DNA from: a virus
Lineage: Duplodnaviria > Caudoviricetes
Length of the DNA: 54,604 bases
IMG/VR virus record: IMGVR_UViG_3300042934_001355
Location: 1-54,604 of that record
Direction: 5' to 3' (one strand)
In this document: in pieces, positions 1-9,535 of the stretch
Layout: every line of letters begins with the position of its first letter
Position numbering within the stretch: the stretch's first letter is position 1
The notes under the pieces: generated by a model
Database searches by the model: none
What the model was told of the DNA's origin: nothing
What the model saw: only the letters and a program-made list of their open reading frames with translations
Program-made: the position numbers and the translations under genes

Positions 1-1281
1 TCATACTGCCACTTTAGTGGAGCACGTATGTAGCACAAGATCGCTCATTTTCGTGTTGATGAGTGATAGCTGGTCGGTATTGTTCTCTGACATCCAGGCG
101 CCATAAACCCGGTACACCATCTGCGCATCGGAGTGACCCATTTGCGATGCAACATAGTTCGGGTTTGCGCCTGCTGAGAGAGCCCAGCAGGCGAAGGTAT
201 GACGTGATTGATATGCTTTCCGGTGACGCAGGCCTGCACGCCTCAGTGCGCCGGTCCATATCTGTCCGAGTGACTCTGTTGAGTAATATGCTCCCGATAG
301 GCCATTGACAGCGTTCACGCTGGGGTTGAACACGAACGTCTTCTGCTCCTCAATTCGCTCGCCATACTCCCTGGTATGAAAAGTGAATGAGATCTGAGGA
401 TACATTCGGGTCAGTTCTCGCTGGTCACGCAGAATATCAACGGCTGCATCCATCAGGCATATGACACGGTTTCCCGCTTCTGTCTTCGGCGGCGTAAACA
501 GACCCTGCGGCGTAAGGTTGCGGCTGACTGTCAGCTTCTTCGCTTCAAGGTCCACATCCTCCCAGGCCAGCGCGCATATTTCTCCGTGGCGTAATCCCGT
601 CAGGATGGCGAGTGACCACATATTTGCCGTCTGACGCGTTGAGCAGGCTGCGATGAGGCGAGGGTACTCCTCGCGCGTTATCGGGTCCGGCCGCTTATTC
701 GACTTCTTCAGAGGCTTGATGCCCGTCATCGGGTTTGCTTCTATATATCCGTTGCCATGAGCAAAGGCGAAAATGGCTTTCAGGTCTGCCATGCTGGAGT
801 TAACCGTGGCCGCCGTCCTGCCTTTCTTTTCTATATTCATCTTCCTGCCCGTAAAGTAACTGCCATTCAGAAGCTCAATACGCAGGTTGAGAATATCTTT
901 CTGCATGACTGACCGGATGTCCTTTCCGTTGCCGACGATATCCAGCGTCACCCTCACACGGCGTTCTGTGGTGATGTAAGAGCTATTAGCCCAATCAGGC
1001 TTTTTGAGCTTCAGCCACAAATCAGCAACCTCCCTGATAGCTACCGACTTTGACGATCCAGCCTGGTTCTTAAATAGTGGTGAGTCTGGGAACTCACTCC
1101 TGTAATCAAACGTCCCTGTCTTAATGCGGTAGACGATGTTGCTACGCAGCTCGCCAGCCATCTTTCTATTTTTGGGTGTATCGGGTACGCCGATCGCCTC
1201 CCATCGCCTTTGCCCCTCATACATGAACCAGATTCGAAGGTGGTTCTTGTTGGGAGCCACTCCTGTCGGATATCCAGACAT
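1..1281 (-). CDS. int: Tyrosine integrase with N-terminal arm-binding domain
   Basis: TGLRHGE, YQSRHT, MGH and VYG catalytic motifs; AGGAG RBS before ATG at 1281 (MSGYPTGV). Confidence 0.95.
   Translation of the reverse strand: MSGYPTGVAPNKNHLRIWFMYEGQRRWEAIGVPDTPKNRKMAGELRSNIVYRIKTGTFDYRSEFPDSPLFKNQAGSSKSVAIREVADLWLKLKKPDWANSSYITTERRVRVTLDIVGNGKDIRSVMQKDILNLRIELLNGSYFTGRKMNIEKKGRTAATVNSSMADLKAIFAFAHGNGYIEANPMTGIKPLKKSNKRPDPITREEYPRLIAACSTRQTANMWSLAILTGLRHGEICALAWEDVDLEAKKLTVSRNLTPQGLFTPPKTEAGNRVICLMDAAVDILRDQRELTRMYPQISFTFHTREYGERIEEQKTFVFNPSVNAVNGLSGAYYSTESLGQIWTGALRRAGLRHRKAYQSRHTFACWALSAGANPNYVASQMGHSDAQMVYRVYGAWMSENNTDQLSLINTKMSDLVLHTCSTKVAV
19..38 (+). repeat. Tandem integrase arm-type sites (left)
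   Basis: ggagcacgtat-gtagcacaa, near-identical to gtagcacacat-gtagcacaa at 47217-47236. Confidence 0.6.
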
Positions 1282-1311
1282 ACGCCTTCTCCTGTTGAAA
1301 TGGATCTGCAT

Positions 1312-1560
1312 TTAAGCAGATTTCTTCCTGGCAATCGCTGCCGGCTGGTTATCAATCCACTTCTCGATCGCCTTCCAGTCGTAAAAGCACATGCTGTTAT
1401 CACGCGGCGCGCCATCGGGCGAAACGTGCTTGTATTCGCGACCCTCCATCCATGAAACTTCGCGGGCAGTTTTGATGGTGTTTTTCTTCATGCCGGTGAT
1501 GATCATCAGCACAGATTCAGATACCCACTTGCTCGGCATCAGCTGAACAACGTTTTCCAT
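1312..1560 (-). CDS. xis: Excisionase (DUF1233-like)
   Basis: MENVVQLMPSKWVSE...WMEGREY...YDWKAIEKWI just upstream of int; AAGGAG RBS before ATG 1560. Confidence 0.85.
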   Translation of the reverse strand: MENVVQLMPSKWVSESVLMIITGMKKNTIKTAREVSWMEGREYKHVSPDGAPRDNSMCFYDWKAIEKWIDNQPAAIARKKSA

Positions 1561-1907
1561 ATCTACTCCTTTGGTAGCCAACACGATATAAATAGAAATG
1601 GCCAGATTAATAATAATCAAACCCATTGTTATGGGTTTGTTAGAGTTGTCGGCCATTCAGCTAACTTGCAAGGCACTGTTGAGAGGAGTGGTTGACTTAT
1701 GATCATGAAAAGCATCACCCATCTTTCAAATGTGTTGATATTTACCAGTGTCATTGATAAGTTCTTATTAAGATTTGATTAGTTCACCAATCAAGATTGA
1801 TTCAAGATAGAAATTATTCCCTAGGTTACTATGTTCTTGTTGGGATGTTGGTTATAAATGCCGAGTTAATAATATAAAATTCCCCACTTTTATAATGGAT
1901 AGAAAAT

Positions 1908-3326
1908 ATGGATGAGAATAAAGTACTAGCATATCCCGCAAAAAGATTTTTTGTAGAAATGCTTACTAGAGATATTGAATTAGATGACTCCATTTTAGAT
2001 CTACTTGATAACTGCCTTGATGGAGCGATGCGCTTATCTACCAATAATAGAAAGGATGTTAAAGATGACTCTAAGATTTATGAGGGCTTTTATGCACATA
2101 TTACAATGAACTCTGAAAATTTTGTCATTGAAGATAATTGTGGGGGCATCCCTAGAGAATTAGCCCGTCGATATGCTTTTCGCCTAGGCAGACCAGAAGA
2201 GCGAGATCAAGAAAACCTGCCTACTGTAGGTATTTATGGTATCGGAATGAAAAGAGCATTATTTAAAATGGGTGCCCAATCGCAAGTCATCACAAAAAAC
2301 GGCGATGACGAATTTGTTGTGAGAATATCCCCTGAGTGGCTTAAGTCAGATGACATGTGGGATCTCGAACTAGAAGATCTAGATGGTGCCTTATCTCATC
2401 ATGGAACAAAAATAATTATTAATAAACTTCATGACAATGTCAGATTTCAGTTTGAAGATGAAGCAGACTTTCAAGTAAATCTTAGAAGAAAAATTTCACA
2501 TCACTATGGTGTTATTTTAAATAAAGGTTTTAAAGTAAAAATAAATGGGGTTGACATAAGGCCGTCAGTCACGAACCTAATCTTTGATAAAGATGCATTT
2601 AAAAACGACAAAGGGATTGTCCCGTATGTTTATAAAAACAATTACAATAATGTAAATATAGAGTTAATGCTTGGGTTCTATCGCGCTTTATCAACAACAG
2701 ATGAAGATAATGATAATCTTCATGGCAGAAATTCTAGTGAACAAGCAGGTTGGACTATCATTTGTAATGACCGTGTAGTTTTATATGCTGACAAAAGTCG
2801 TATAACCGGTTGGGGTGAGCTTGGTATACCAAATTATCATAATCAATTCATTAGTATCGCTGGGGTAGTAAGGTTTACTTCCGATAATGCTAAAAATTTA
2901 CCTATAACTACTACAAAAAGAGGAATAGATGGTAATTCAGAGGTTTATTTAGCAGTTAAAGATTTCATGCGTGATGCTTTAAAAATATTTACTTCGTTCA
3001 CTAACAAGTGGAAAGAAGAAAGTGATCGCAAGAGTATAATGCATGCCTCTGCCTCTAACACCATAAACGCTTCTTCAAGTAAAATAGGTGAATTAATTCC
3101 TTCAGAAAAATGGACACAAGTGAGAAGGTCAATTGGTGGTCAAGTATATAAGCCTTCTTTACCTATGCCAACTGTAACTGATCCTGTAAAACAGATAAAA
3201 TTTAATCAAAAGATAGAGGATATAAAAATAGTTTCATTGTATTTGTTCGATGATGAAACTATTTCACCATCCGATGTTGGTAAGAAATGTTTTGATTTAA
3301 TTATGGAGAAGGCTAAAGATGAGTAA
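1908..3326 (+). CDS. GHKL (HATPase/MORC-like) ATP-binding protein
   Basis: DLLDNCLDG, IEDNCGGI, GIYGIGMK and GTKI GHKL motifs; AT-rich. Confidence 0.85.
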   Translation: MDENKVLAYPAKRFFVEMLTRDIELDDSILDLLDNCLDGAMRLSTNNRKDVKDDSKIYEGFYAHITMNSENFVIEDNCGGIPRELARRYAFRLGRPEERDQENLPTVGIYGIGMKRALFKMGAQSQVITKNGDDEFVVRISPEWLKSDDMWDLELEDLDGALSHHGTKIIINKLHDNVRFQFEDEADFQVNLRRKISHHYGVILNKGFKVKINGVDIRPSVTNLIFDKDAFKNDKGIVPYVYKNNYNNVNIELMLGFYRALSTTDEDNDNLHGRNSSEQAGWTIICNDRVVLYADKSRITGWGELGIPNYHNQFISIAGVVRFTSDNAKNLPITTTKRGIDGNSEVYLAVKDFMRDALKIFTSFTNKWKEESDRKSIMHASASNTINASSSKIGELIPSEKWTQVRRSIGGQVYKPSLPMPTVTDPVKQIKFNQKIEDIKIVSLYLFDDETISPSDVGKKCFDLIMEKAKDE

Positions 3327-4299
3327 TGGGACAAATATAGCCTATCATTTAAGGCCAAATAAAGCTATTGAAAGAAACCTTTTCGTTGAGTTGCTTAGGA
3401 AAATTGATAAGTTTGTCAAAATTGAAGATTATTCTTATATTAGTTTTGGTGGCCCTTTCTTAGAAGATTTCAAGCAGATACATAATGCTTTGCAGATTGA
3501 AAAAATGTTTTCAATTGAAATGGTTGAGAACACACATAAAAGGCAGGCTTATAACATGCCAGTTTCCTGCATTGATATTGGTGAGAAGGTGCAAACTGGT
3601 AATGAATTTATTCATCAGCATGAGTTTGATTCGCCTACAATAATTTGGCTAGATTATAGTGAAGCCTTAAGTGTTTCTGAGCAACTTGATGAATTATCTT
3701 TTTTAATAACTAAATTGGCTGAGAACGACATCTTTAAGATAACCATAAATGCTCATGTTGCTAAACTTGGAAGTTGTGAAGATTCTCAGAAGTTACGAGA
3801 GTTCAGACTCAAAAAATTAAGCGAACACATTGAGGAGCGACACTTACCTGACAACTTGAGTGAGGAGGATGTAAGCACAAAGGGTTATGTAAAACTTATG
3901 CTAAAATGCATCCAAAAAGCAGCTCAGGCTGGATTGACCAGAAAAGATAAGTTTTTTATACAGCCATTAACAGCCTTCGAATATAGCGATGGTATGACAA
4001 TGTTGACTGCTACAGCCATGATTTTAAATAAAGATGATAAAGAAAGGGTTGCGACACAATTGGGAGACTGGGCTTTCTACAGCAAGGACTGGTCCAATCC
4101 TAAAAATATAAATATACCAAATATGTCTATAAAGGAGAGGCTAGCAATCGAAGCTATGCTACCTAAAGCTAACCCAGATCAAATAATTAGTGGCCTCGGG
4201 TTTTATATAGGGGGTAACCTTGGTGAGGCCAAGAAGCAGATGACAAACTTTATTGATTATTACAAGGTGATGCCTTGGTACTCAAAGGTTATTCCTTAA
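3319..4299 (+). CDS. Putative SAM-dependent methyltransferase-fold protein (O-methyltransferase-like)
   Basis: YHLRPNKAIER N-terminus; YISFGGPFLEDF, FSIE and IIWLDY Rossmann-like motifs; 8-nt overlap with the ATPase. Confidence 0.6.
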   Translation: MSNGTNIAYHLRPNKAIERNLFVELLRKIDKFVKIEDYSYISFGGPFLEDFKQIHNALQIEKMFSIEMVENTHKRQAYNMPVSCIDIGEKVQTGNEFIHQHEFDSPTIIWLDYSEALSVSEQLDELSFLITKLAENDIFKITINAHVAKLGSCEDSQKLREFRLKKLSEHIEERHLPDNLSEEDVSTKGYVKLMLKCIQKAAQAGLTRKDKFFIQPLTAFEYSDGMTMLTATAMILNKDDKERVATQLGDWAFYSKDWSNPKNINIPNMSIKERLAIEAMLPKANPDQIISGLGFYIGGNLGEAKKQMTNFIDYYKVMPWYSKVIP

Positions 4300-5406
4300 T
4301 CAATATTTACCAAGTTTTGATATTGGCAGCAGCATGTGCTCAGCAATTAAAGGGCTTACGCTGTTGCCAATTTGACGAAAACCATGCCATTTGGTTTTAT
4401 GAAACCTAAACCAATCGGGAAAGCCTTGTAAACGGGCTGCTTCTCTAATAGTGATAACGCGATTCTCGTATGGGTGTACGGGTCTCAATGCTTGATAACT
4501 TCCTTTATCACTTGCTGTTCCTGCGCGCAGGGTCGGACAATATCCCTCCGGATTTAAGCGTGTTGCCTTGGATATTTTATCTTGCATGCCATATGATAAC
4601 TCTTTATATCTATCTATAACACTCTGAGTATGTTTAGTACTCAGAAAGCCAGAAACTAAGTTAAATTGAAGTTTCTCGATAGATTCACTATCACCTATTC
4701 CTTTAGGTATATGTCCCCATAATCGATCATAGAAAAAGCTTTTTCGATCCCTGAGTATTTCTTTCCATTCGTGCTCATCAGTAAGCCAATGACTTTCTAA
4801 TTTATCAGGTAATCCATGCAGAGCCTGTCCAACATTTACAGTTTCAATACCTTCACCATTTAAAAAGTCTGATTCCGAAAGTATTCCATTCCCAAGCCTC
4901 TTATGATACCCAATAAAAAAATATCTTGTTCTGATGGTCGGAGCCCCGTAATCAGACGCTTTTATTTTTAATGGTGCTAATATTTCATAATCACCAGAAA
5001 TAATATTAAAAGCCTCTTCGCGTAAGGGGGAGTAATTGCTATGCATTATTCCGGGGACATTTTCAGCGACAAAGAAATTTGGTTGAATTTCATTTACTAA
5101 TCTAAAAAAATGTACATAAAGCTGATTTCTCACATCAGCTAAATCCCTTTTACCCATACTACTAAAACCTTGACACGGTGGGCCGCCAATTAAACAATCT
5201 ATAAATTTGGTGTTTAATTTTTTTAAAAGCTCCTTACCTCGAATCTGTGTAACATCATTTTTTAGATGAGTTGAGGTTCGGAAATTTCTAGCATGCGTTT
5301 CGATGGCAAAAGAATCAGTTTCAACGGCAGCAGCAACTTCGAAGCCTGCCCTGGCCGCGCCTAAACTTAAGCCACCTACACCAGCAAATAAATCAATACA
5401 TTTCAT
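4300..5406 (-). CDS. C5 cytosine DNA methyltransferase
   Basis: DLFAGVGG, GGPPCQGFS, ENV, REAARLQGFPD and QIGNSV motifs intact. Confidence 0.95.
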   Translation of the reverse strand: MKCIDLFAGVGGLSLGAARAGFEVAAAVETDSFAIETHARNFRTSTHLKNDVTQIRGKELLKKLNTKFIDCLIGGPPCQGFSSMGKRDLADVRNQLYVHFFRLVNEIQPNFFVAENVPGIMHSNYSPLREEAFNIISGDYEILAPLKIKASDYGAPTIRTRYFFIGYHKRLGNGILSESDFLNGEGIETVNVGQALHGLPDKLESHWLTDEHEWKEILRDRKSFFYDRLWGHIPKGIGDSESIEKLQFNLVSGFLSTKHTQSVIDRYKELSYGMQDKISKATRLNPEGYCPTLRAGTASDKGSYQALRPVHPYENRVITIREAARLQGFPDWFRFHKTKWHGFRQIGNSVSPLIAEHMLLPISKLGKY

Positions 5407-5819
5407 AAATATTCAGCTCACTTTTTCTAGTATAGTGCCATAGTTTCGGCGCTTTTTCACGTTTATAGCTGCCTTTTTCCCAAACCGTCTTCTCTCATGT
5501 ATGATGAGTTTATGCCGTTGCTTTTCGATCACGCTCCGCTTAAATTCTGTTAATGGTTTCAACTGTGCTTCACGCTTTATCCTCTGAGCGTTGCTTTCAT
5601 CGCCTTATTTCACTCATCTTCAGCACGTAGGTGAGCAGCATCAAGTCTTTATTGATGAGGCGTTGAAGATGTTGCTAGAAAATGACTGCATATTCGTAAG
5701 CTATGCTGATGAATGAGGGCAAAAAGCCTACGTCATATGTTTAATATTCCTGCGATTCATCTACCTCTCATGTGCCGCTAAGTGGCCAATTGCGCCAGAC
5801 ATTGGCGACTACAGGCAAC

Positions 5820-5839
5820 AAAAAACCGCCCGAAGGCGG
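5820..5839 (-). terminator. Intrinsic terminator after the paralogue pair
   Basis: CCGCC-TTCG-GGCGG followed by a U-tract on the minus strand. Confidence 0.8.
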
Positions 5840-5863
5840 CTGTTTATAAGGAATTAGACGGGA

Positions 5864-6274
5864 TTAAATTCCCATCCGGTACTCTTCGTACGAACGAGGT
5901 TCCGAGTCACCTTTTTTGCGGAAAACAAGCATCTCTTCCTTCCGGTTCGTAACATACCCCAGTGTTTCAGTAAGCTGGCGTCGTAAAGTAGTAGGCATCT
6001 GTGGAATGGTTTTATCGTCCAGGCCAGCCTCGATTTTGTTCATGATTTCTAGAGCTAGGCCAATTTGCTCTTCATCAATCAGAATATTGACGCGATAACC
6101 CTCACGGGTATCTTGCTCGCTGCCTAACTGCCTGGTCAGTTTATCAACCTGATTGGCATAGTCGTCCAGTTGGGCCTGCACATCAGCGGGGATTTCACCA
6201 TTTTTTTCAGCCAGCGCTTTAAGTGCGTTGATGCTATCGATCGCCTGTTGCGCCAGGTCAGTTGCAGTAGTCAT
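5864..6274 (-). CDS. Hypothetical helical protein, long paralogue of 6374-6655
   Basis: 136 aa; C-terminal ~75 aa align with the neighbouring ORF; AAGGA RBS. Confidence 0.8.
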   Translation of the reverse strand: MTTATDLAQQAIDSINALKALAEKNGEIPADVQAQLDDYANQVDKLTRQLGSEQDTREGYRVNILIDEEQIGLALEIMNKIEAGLDDKTIPQMPTTLRRQLTETLGYVTNRKEEMLVFRKKGDSEPRSYEEYRMGI

Positions 6275-6321
6275 ATTTGGTATCCTTCTAAAAGCTTTAA
6301 ATCAGAAAATTCAATGAGGTT

Positions 6322-6345
6322 AAAAAGGCCGATAAAAATCGGCCT
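6322..6345 (-). terminator. Intrinsic terminator between the two paralogues
   Basis: AGGCCGAT-TTTT-ATCGGCCT-TTTT on the minus strand. Confidence 0.7.
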
Positions 6346-6373
6346 GAAAATAGTCAGTTGACTGAATTAACCG

Positions 6374-6655
6374 TTAAGGGTGTTCGTACTGCTGAAAAGT
6401 ACGCGGCACCGGGTCGCCAGGCTTGCGGAACATGGCGTTGTCGTCTTTGCGGCCTTTCAGATACATCAGGGTCTGCTTAGCCTGATACTGATCGGCTGGA
6501 GACAGGGAGCCAGCCGTACCTGCGTTAATCGCCGCTACAACTTTGGTCAGAATTTCGATACCCCAGCCGACGGCTTCGGTGGTGTCCAGAATCGCAGAGC
6601 GATACAGGGTATTGAAATCTTGCAGGTCTTCGAATTCTTGATCAGTGTGAGACAT
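6374..6655 (-). CDS. Hypothetical protein, short paralogue of 5864-6274
   Basis: 93 aa; GAGGA RBS; shares YR..IL...E..G...EI..K and TL.Y...RK.....FRK.GD..PR pattern. Confidence 0.8.
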   Translation of the reverse strand: MSHTDQEFEDLQDFNTLYRSAILDTTEAVGWGIEILTKVVAAINAGTAGSLSPADQYQAKQTLMYLKGRKDDNAMFRKPGDPVPRTFQQYEHP

Positions 6656-6739
6656 AGTAAATCCTCTTTTGGTTGAATGAGTTAGGCCGTGAATTCACTC
6701 TGACACCTTACTCTCTCAGCCCTGTTATGAACAGTAAAA

Positions 6740-6759
6740 TACTGTCTATATATACAGTA
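6740..6759. promoter_or_regulatory. LexA (SOS) box
   Basis: taCTGtctatatataCAGta, near-perfect CTG-N10-CAG consensus, ~85 bp upstream of 6655. Confidence 0.88.
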
Positions 6760-6767
6760 TATTTGTG

Positions 6768-6998
6768 TCATAAATTTGGCTTAGTTCCACCGTTAGCTTT
6801 GCTACGCTCTTCCAGAAAACGTATCCGGCTGCGACTGGCGCGCTGGCGAACGGATTCGTATGAGCGGTTGAGTTGTCGGGCTATAAGTTTGGGTGGGATG
6901 GTTGCTGCGAGTTCTTTCAGAAGGCCTATCTCATCGGGGGACCAGCGACGGCCAAGAGTTAACTGATTGCCGCGACGCCGGTATTCAGGTGATTGCAT
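6768..6998 (-). CDS. Small HTH-like phage protein
   Basis: RRWSPDEIGLL...IARQLNRSYESVRQRA Myb/HTH-like pattern. Confidence 0.6.
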   Translation of the reverse strand: MQSPEYRRRGNQLTLGRRWSPDEIGLLKELAATIPPKLIARQLNRSYESVRQRASRSRIRFLEERSKANGGTKPNL

Positions 6999-7012
6999 GC
7001 AGTCTCCGATAA

Positions 7013-7912
7013 TTAGCCAATTGCCTCTTCAATTTCTGCCTTACGAAGCAGATAAACATCAGTGGCCTTTTCGAGAGTTTCAGCGTCGCTTGCCAGCATG
7101 CGCGCCGCGTACTTATAACAGCGGTCCAGCCCCGCAACGTTTTCCGCTTCAGCGGCTGCGATGGTGAAATCGGCAAGCAACTCTTCCGGCGAGCGCGCTG
7201 CTGCATTTGTATGTGTCGCCGCGTTGATTTCGCGCTCAGGCTGCTGTGTTTCAGGCTTGTTGTTAATCAGGTTGTTCAGGTCAGCACGGCTGCGCGCCGG
7301 TGTTACATCGCGTTCCGCTCGCTGCGCTGGCTCGAATTCGTCCGGCGTGTAGACGCCGAGAATCACGTCAGGGCAGTAGAGGCGCGCCCAGTATTTAACA
7401 GCCAGATATGCCAGTTGCTGCTTTGGTGCTGTCTTCCAGAGAGGGGAGTTGCGCGTGGTGACATACTCCATGTAAAGCGGCTCACCCCAGGTGATTTCCG
7501 TTTCACCCTTCAGAACTGCACCCACACGCACAGACAGGCCGCGCTCATTTGCTGCGTTAGCTGCGCCCGGTTTGAATTTCCCCCAGTCGCCGCCGTATTC
7601 ATATTTGAAACGACCCTGCACAGCGGTAGAGCTGGTGATTACTGCGTTTACCAGCTGTGCCTCATATCCCAGCGTGCCGTTAACCAGGTGCGTTTTCTGC
7701 GCCACTGCGTAAGGGTTCATTCCCCACTGAGCTGCCTGTAAAGCGATCGCCAGGCAGTCAGCTGGCTTACCGGATAGATGAGCGGGAACTGTAGCTTTAC
7801 CCTGTGCCATGACTTCCGCAAACGCCTGGAGCTTCTGCAGGCCGCTCGGGCTGAAGATTGCCGCCTTGGTGTCAGCCTCATTGACTGGCGCGGTGATGAT
7901 ATCGTTGCTCAT
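7013..7912 (-). CDS. recT: RecT-family single-strand annealing protein
   Basis: VPAHL..KPADC..IALQA.QWGMNPYAVAQKT and WARLYCPDVILGVYTPDE. Confidence 0.9.
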   Translation of the reverse strand: MSNDIITAPVNEADTKAAIFSPSGLQKLQAFAEVMAQGKATVPAHLSGKPADCLAIALQAAQWGMNPYAVAQKTHLVNGTLGYEAQLVNAVITSSTAVQGRFKYEYGGDWGKFKPGAANAANERGLSVRVGAVLKGETEITWGEPLYMEYVTTRNSPLWKTAPKQQLAYLAVKYWARLYCPDVILGVYTPDEFEPAQRAERDVTPARSRADLNNLINNKPETQQPEREINAATHTNAAARSPEELLADFTIAAAEAENVAGLDRCYKYAARMLASDAETLEKATDVYLLRKAEIEEAIG

Positions 7913-8727
7913 GCGTAATCCTTTCTCTTGGCCCAGTCCGGGCGTGTAATTTCTTCGATGTCGCCCCAGTTACCGGACAGCATGCATTCGTGATAGGTAT
8001 CAAGGTTGCGGCGGAACAGGTCGTAGCCCACGGCGACATCGTCCTCCTGAAGCTGGAAGGTGCGCACCGGGTACCGGCCGCAGTCGATCGCCTCACTGAC
8101 TGCGATGAAAACAAAAAGTGGATATTCACCGAAGTGCTTGCTGAAGCCCTCGCGGTAATAGGCGTCCTGAACGTGATAGCGGAACTCTTCAACGTGGCGG
8201 GAGAAGCGGGACATATCCGCCACTTTCTTCACGTCGACAATGACGGGCTGGCCAGACAGGAACTTGTCCGGGCGGATCCGGCAAAGCTCGCCGGTCTGCT
8301 CGTCGTTCCAGTAGATTGATGCTTCCTGATGGCCTTCAGCTTCAAGCAGCCAGCGTGCCGCCGGGTGGGCGAGGGCGCTGGCGCGCATCAGTTTCAGCTT
8401 TCGCCCCTGCTCAGCATCCATTACTGTCATGCAACTGTTTGCACAATCCTTCAGGAACTGCTTTTCATCCTCCTTGCCGGCTGTCGTGCGGCGGTTAAAC
8501 TCAGGAGCAACGATGAAACGCCTGTCGAACTCTTCAGGCTCCAGCAACAGGCAGTGCAGAGCTGTTCCCATATCGAGTGCGGCTTTCTTCTCATCATCTT
8601 CCGGAGCTTTCTGGCGCCACTGGAATATGGCCGGGTTAATAGCGATATCATCCAACTGTGATTTGCTGATGCCCGGTCCGCCGTGATAGTCCTCGTTGCT
8701 GATGTCGTAGTAGATGCCAGGCTGCAT
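7909..8727 (-). CDS. recE: RecE/exonuclease VIII C-terminal type PD-(D/E)XK nuclease
   Basis: GISKSQLD, GTALHCLLLEP, CRIRPDK, VDVKK and YHVQDAYY motifs. Confidence 0.9.
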   Translation of the reverse strand: MQPGIYYDISNEDYHGGPGISKSQLDDIAINPAIFQWRQKAPEDDEKKAALDMGTALHCLLLEPEEFDRRFIVAPEFNRRTTAGKEDEKQFLKDCANSCMTVMDAEQGRKLKLMRASALAHPAARWLLEAEGHQEASIYWNDEQTGELCRIRPDKFLSGQPVIVDVKKVADMSRFSRHVEEFRYHVQDAYYREGFSKHFGEYPLFVFIAVSEAIDCGRYPVRTFQLQEDDVAVGYDLFRRNLDTYHECMLSGNWGDIEEITRPDWAKRKDYA

Positions 8728-9038
8728 TACGCTACCTCCTGATTTCCATGCTTGCTCCGGTAAATCCCGATCGCCACTTCACGGCGCGCAACCCTCACCA
8801 TAGCCTCACGCAGAAACGACTCAGCCTCTTCGTGCTGCTCGTCGTCTTCGTCGAACATCTCAATAGCCGGGTAGTCGTAGTGCTTCGTCAGGAAGGCGCA
8901 CAGAGCTGGCATCAGCGGGTTAGTTTTGTGCTGGTTCATCCGCGCATCAACTTCGGCGGCAATGAACTCCAGTTCACTGTCCGGCAGATTTTCAGCAATA
9001 TCCTGAACCTCATGCCGGGCTGTTCTGCTGAGTCTCAT
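8727..9038 (-). CDS. Hypothetical phage protein
   Basis: 103-aa ORF coupled to both neighbours in the pL operon. Confidence 0.7.
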   Translation of the reverse strand: MRLSRTARHEVQDIAENLPDSELEFIAAEVDARMNQHKTNPLMPALCAFLTKHYDYPAIEMFDEDDEQHEEAESFLREAMVRVARREVAIGIYRSKHGNQEVA

Positions 9039-9175
9039 TTCTTCTCTCCCATGCCGAGGCTTTTCAGCATCATGTTGATGAAGGTGAAATCCTTCGTTTT
9101 TTCCAGCATCTCGCGCTCGCGTTCTACCTCGCTTTGCTGCTTCTTATACTGCTTTGCTGATGCCGGCGCGTTCAT
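9035..9175 (-). CDS. Small hypothetical protein (kil position)
   Basis: 46 aa MNAPASAKQY...GEKK read manually; ATGA overlaps on both sides. Confidence 0.6.
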   Translation of the reverse strand: MNAPASAKQYKKQQSEVEREREMLEKTKDFTFINMMLKSLGMGEKK

Positions 9176-9309
9176 GGCTGGCTTCTTTGATTAAGAGTGT
9201 TGATAAGGCTACGCCAGCTAGTGCGGAGGCGGCGGGTGATGGTGTCGAGCAGTGATTCGTTTAGCTGAGCAGCGCCCACGATGGCGCCGCCCGCGATGGC
9301 ATAGTTCAT
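9172..9309 (-). CDS. cIII: CIII FtsH inhibitor
   Basis: Manually translated MNYAIAGG...NESLLDTITRRLRTSWRSLINTLNQ, matching the lambda CIII pattern (YAIAG, ESLLERITRKLR..W..LI..LNQ). Confidence 0.85.
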   Translation of the reverse strand: MNYAIAGGAIVGAAQLNESLLDTITRRLRTSWRSLINTLNQRSQP

Positions 9310-9535
9310 CGTGGGTTCCTTGCTATTGGTTAGGTTGGGGTCAAAAAAATGGCCCGCGATGAGCAGGCCAGAAGGATGAAACGATTCTCTCTAAAGCGTA
9401 TAGTGCGAAACACCGCCATGGTATGTCGTGACAAGCCCTGACGGGGCTTATTTTTAAGTCGTCAGCTTTCAGAATGTTGATATTTTCAACGCTTTACTCG
9501 CTTTATAAGATCGCCTCTTTACAGGGAGAGACGCT

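Noticed and set aside
1561-1656. Hydrophobic N-terminal extension on the excisionase ORF (apparent membrane-anchored Xis)
   Set aside because: A strong AAGGAG RBS precedes ATG 1560; the extension runs into the AT-rich cassette and is probably a chance open frame
5600-5720. Short plus-strand coding-like stretch (…HQVFIDEALKMLLENDCIF…)
   Set aside because: No convincing start; at most an unidentifiable gene remnant
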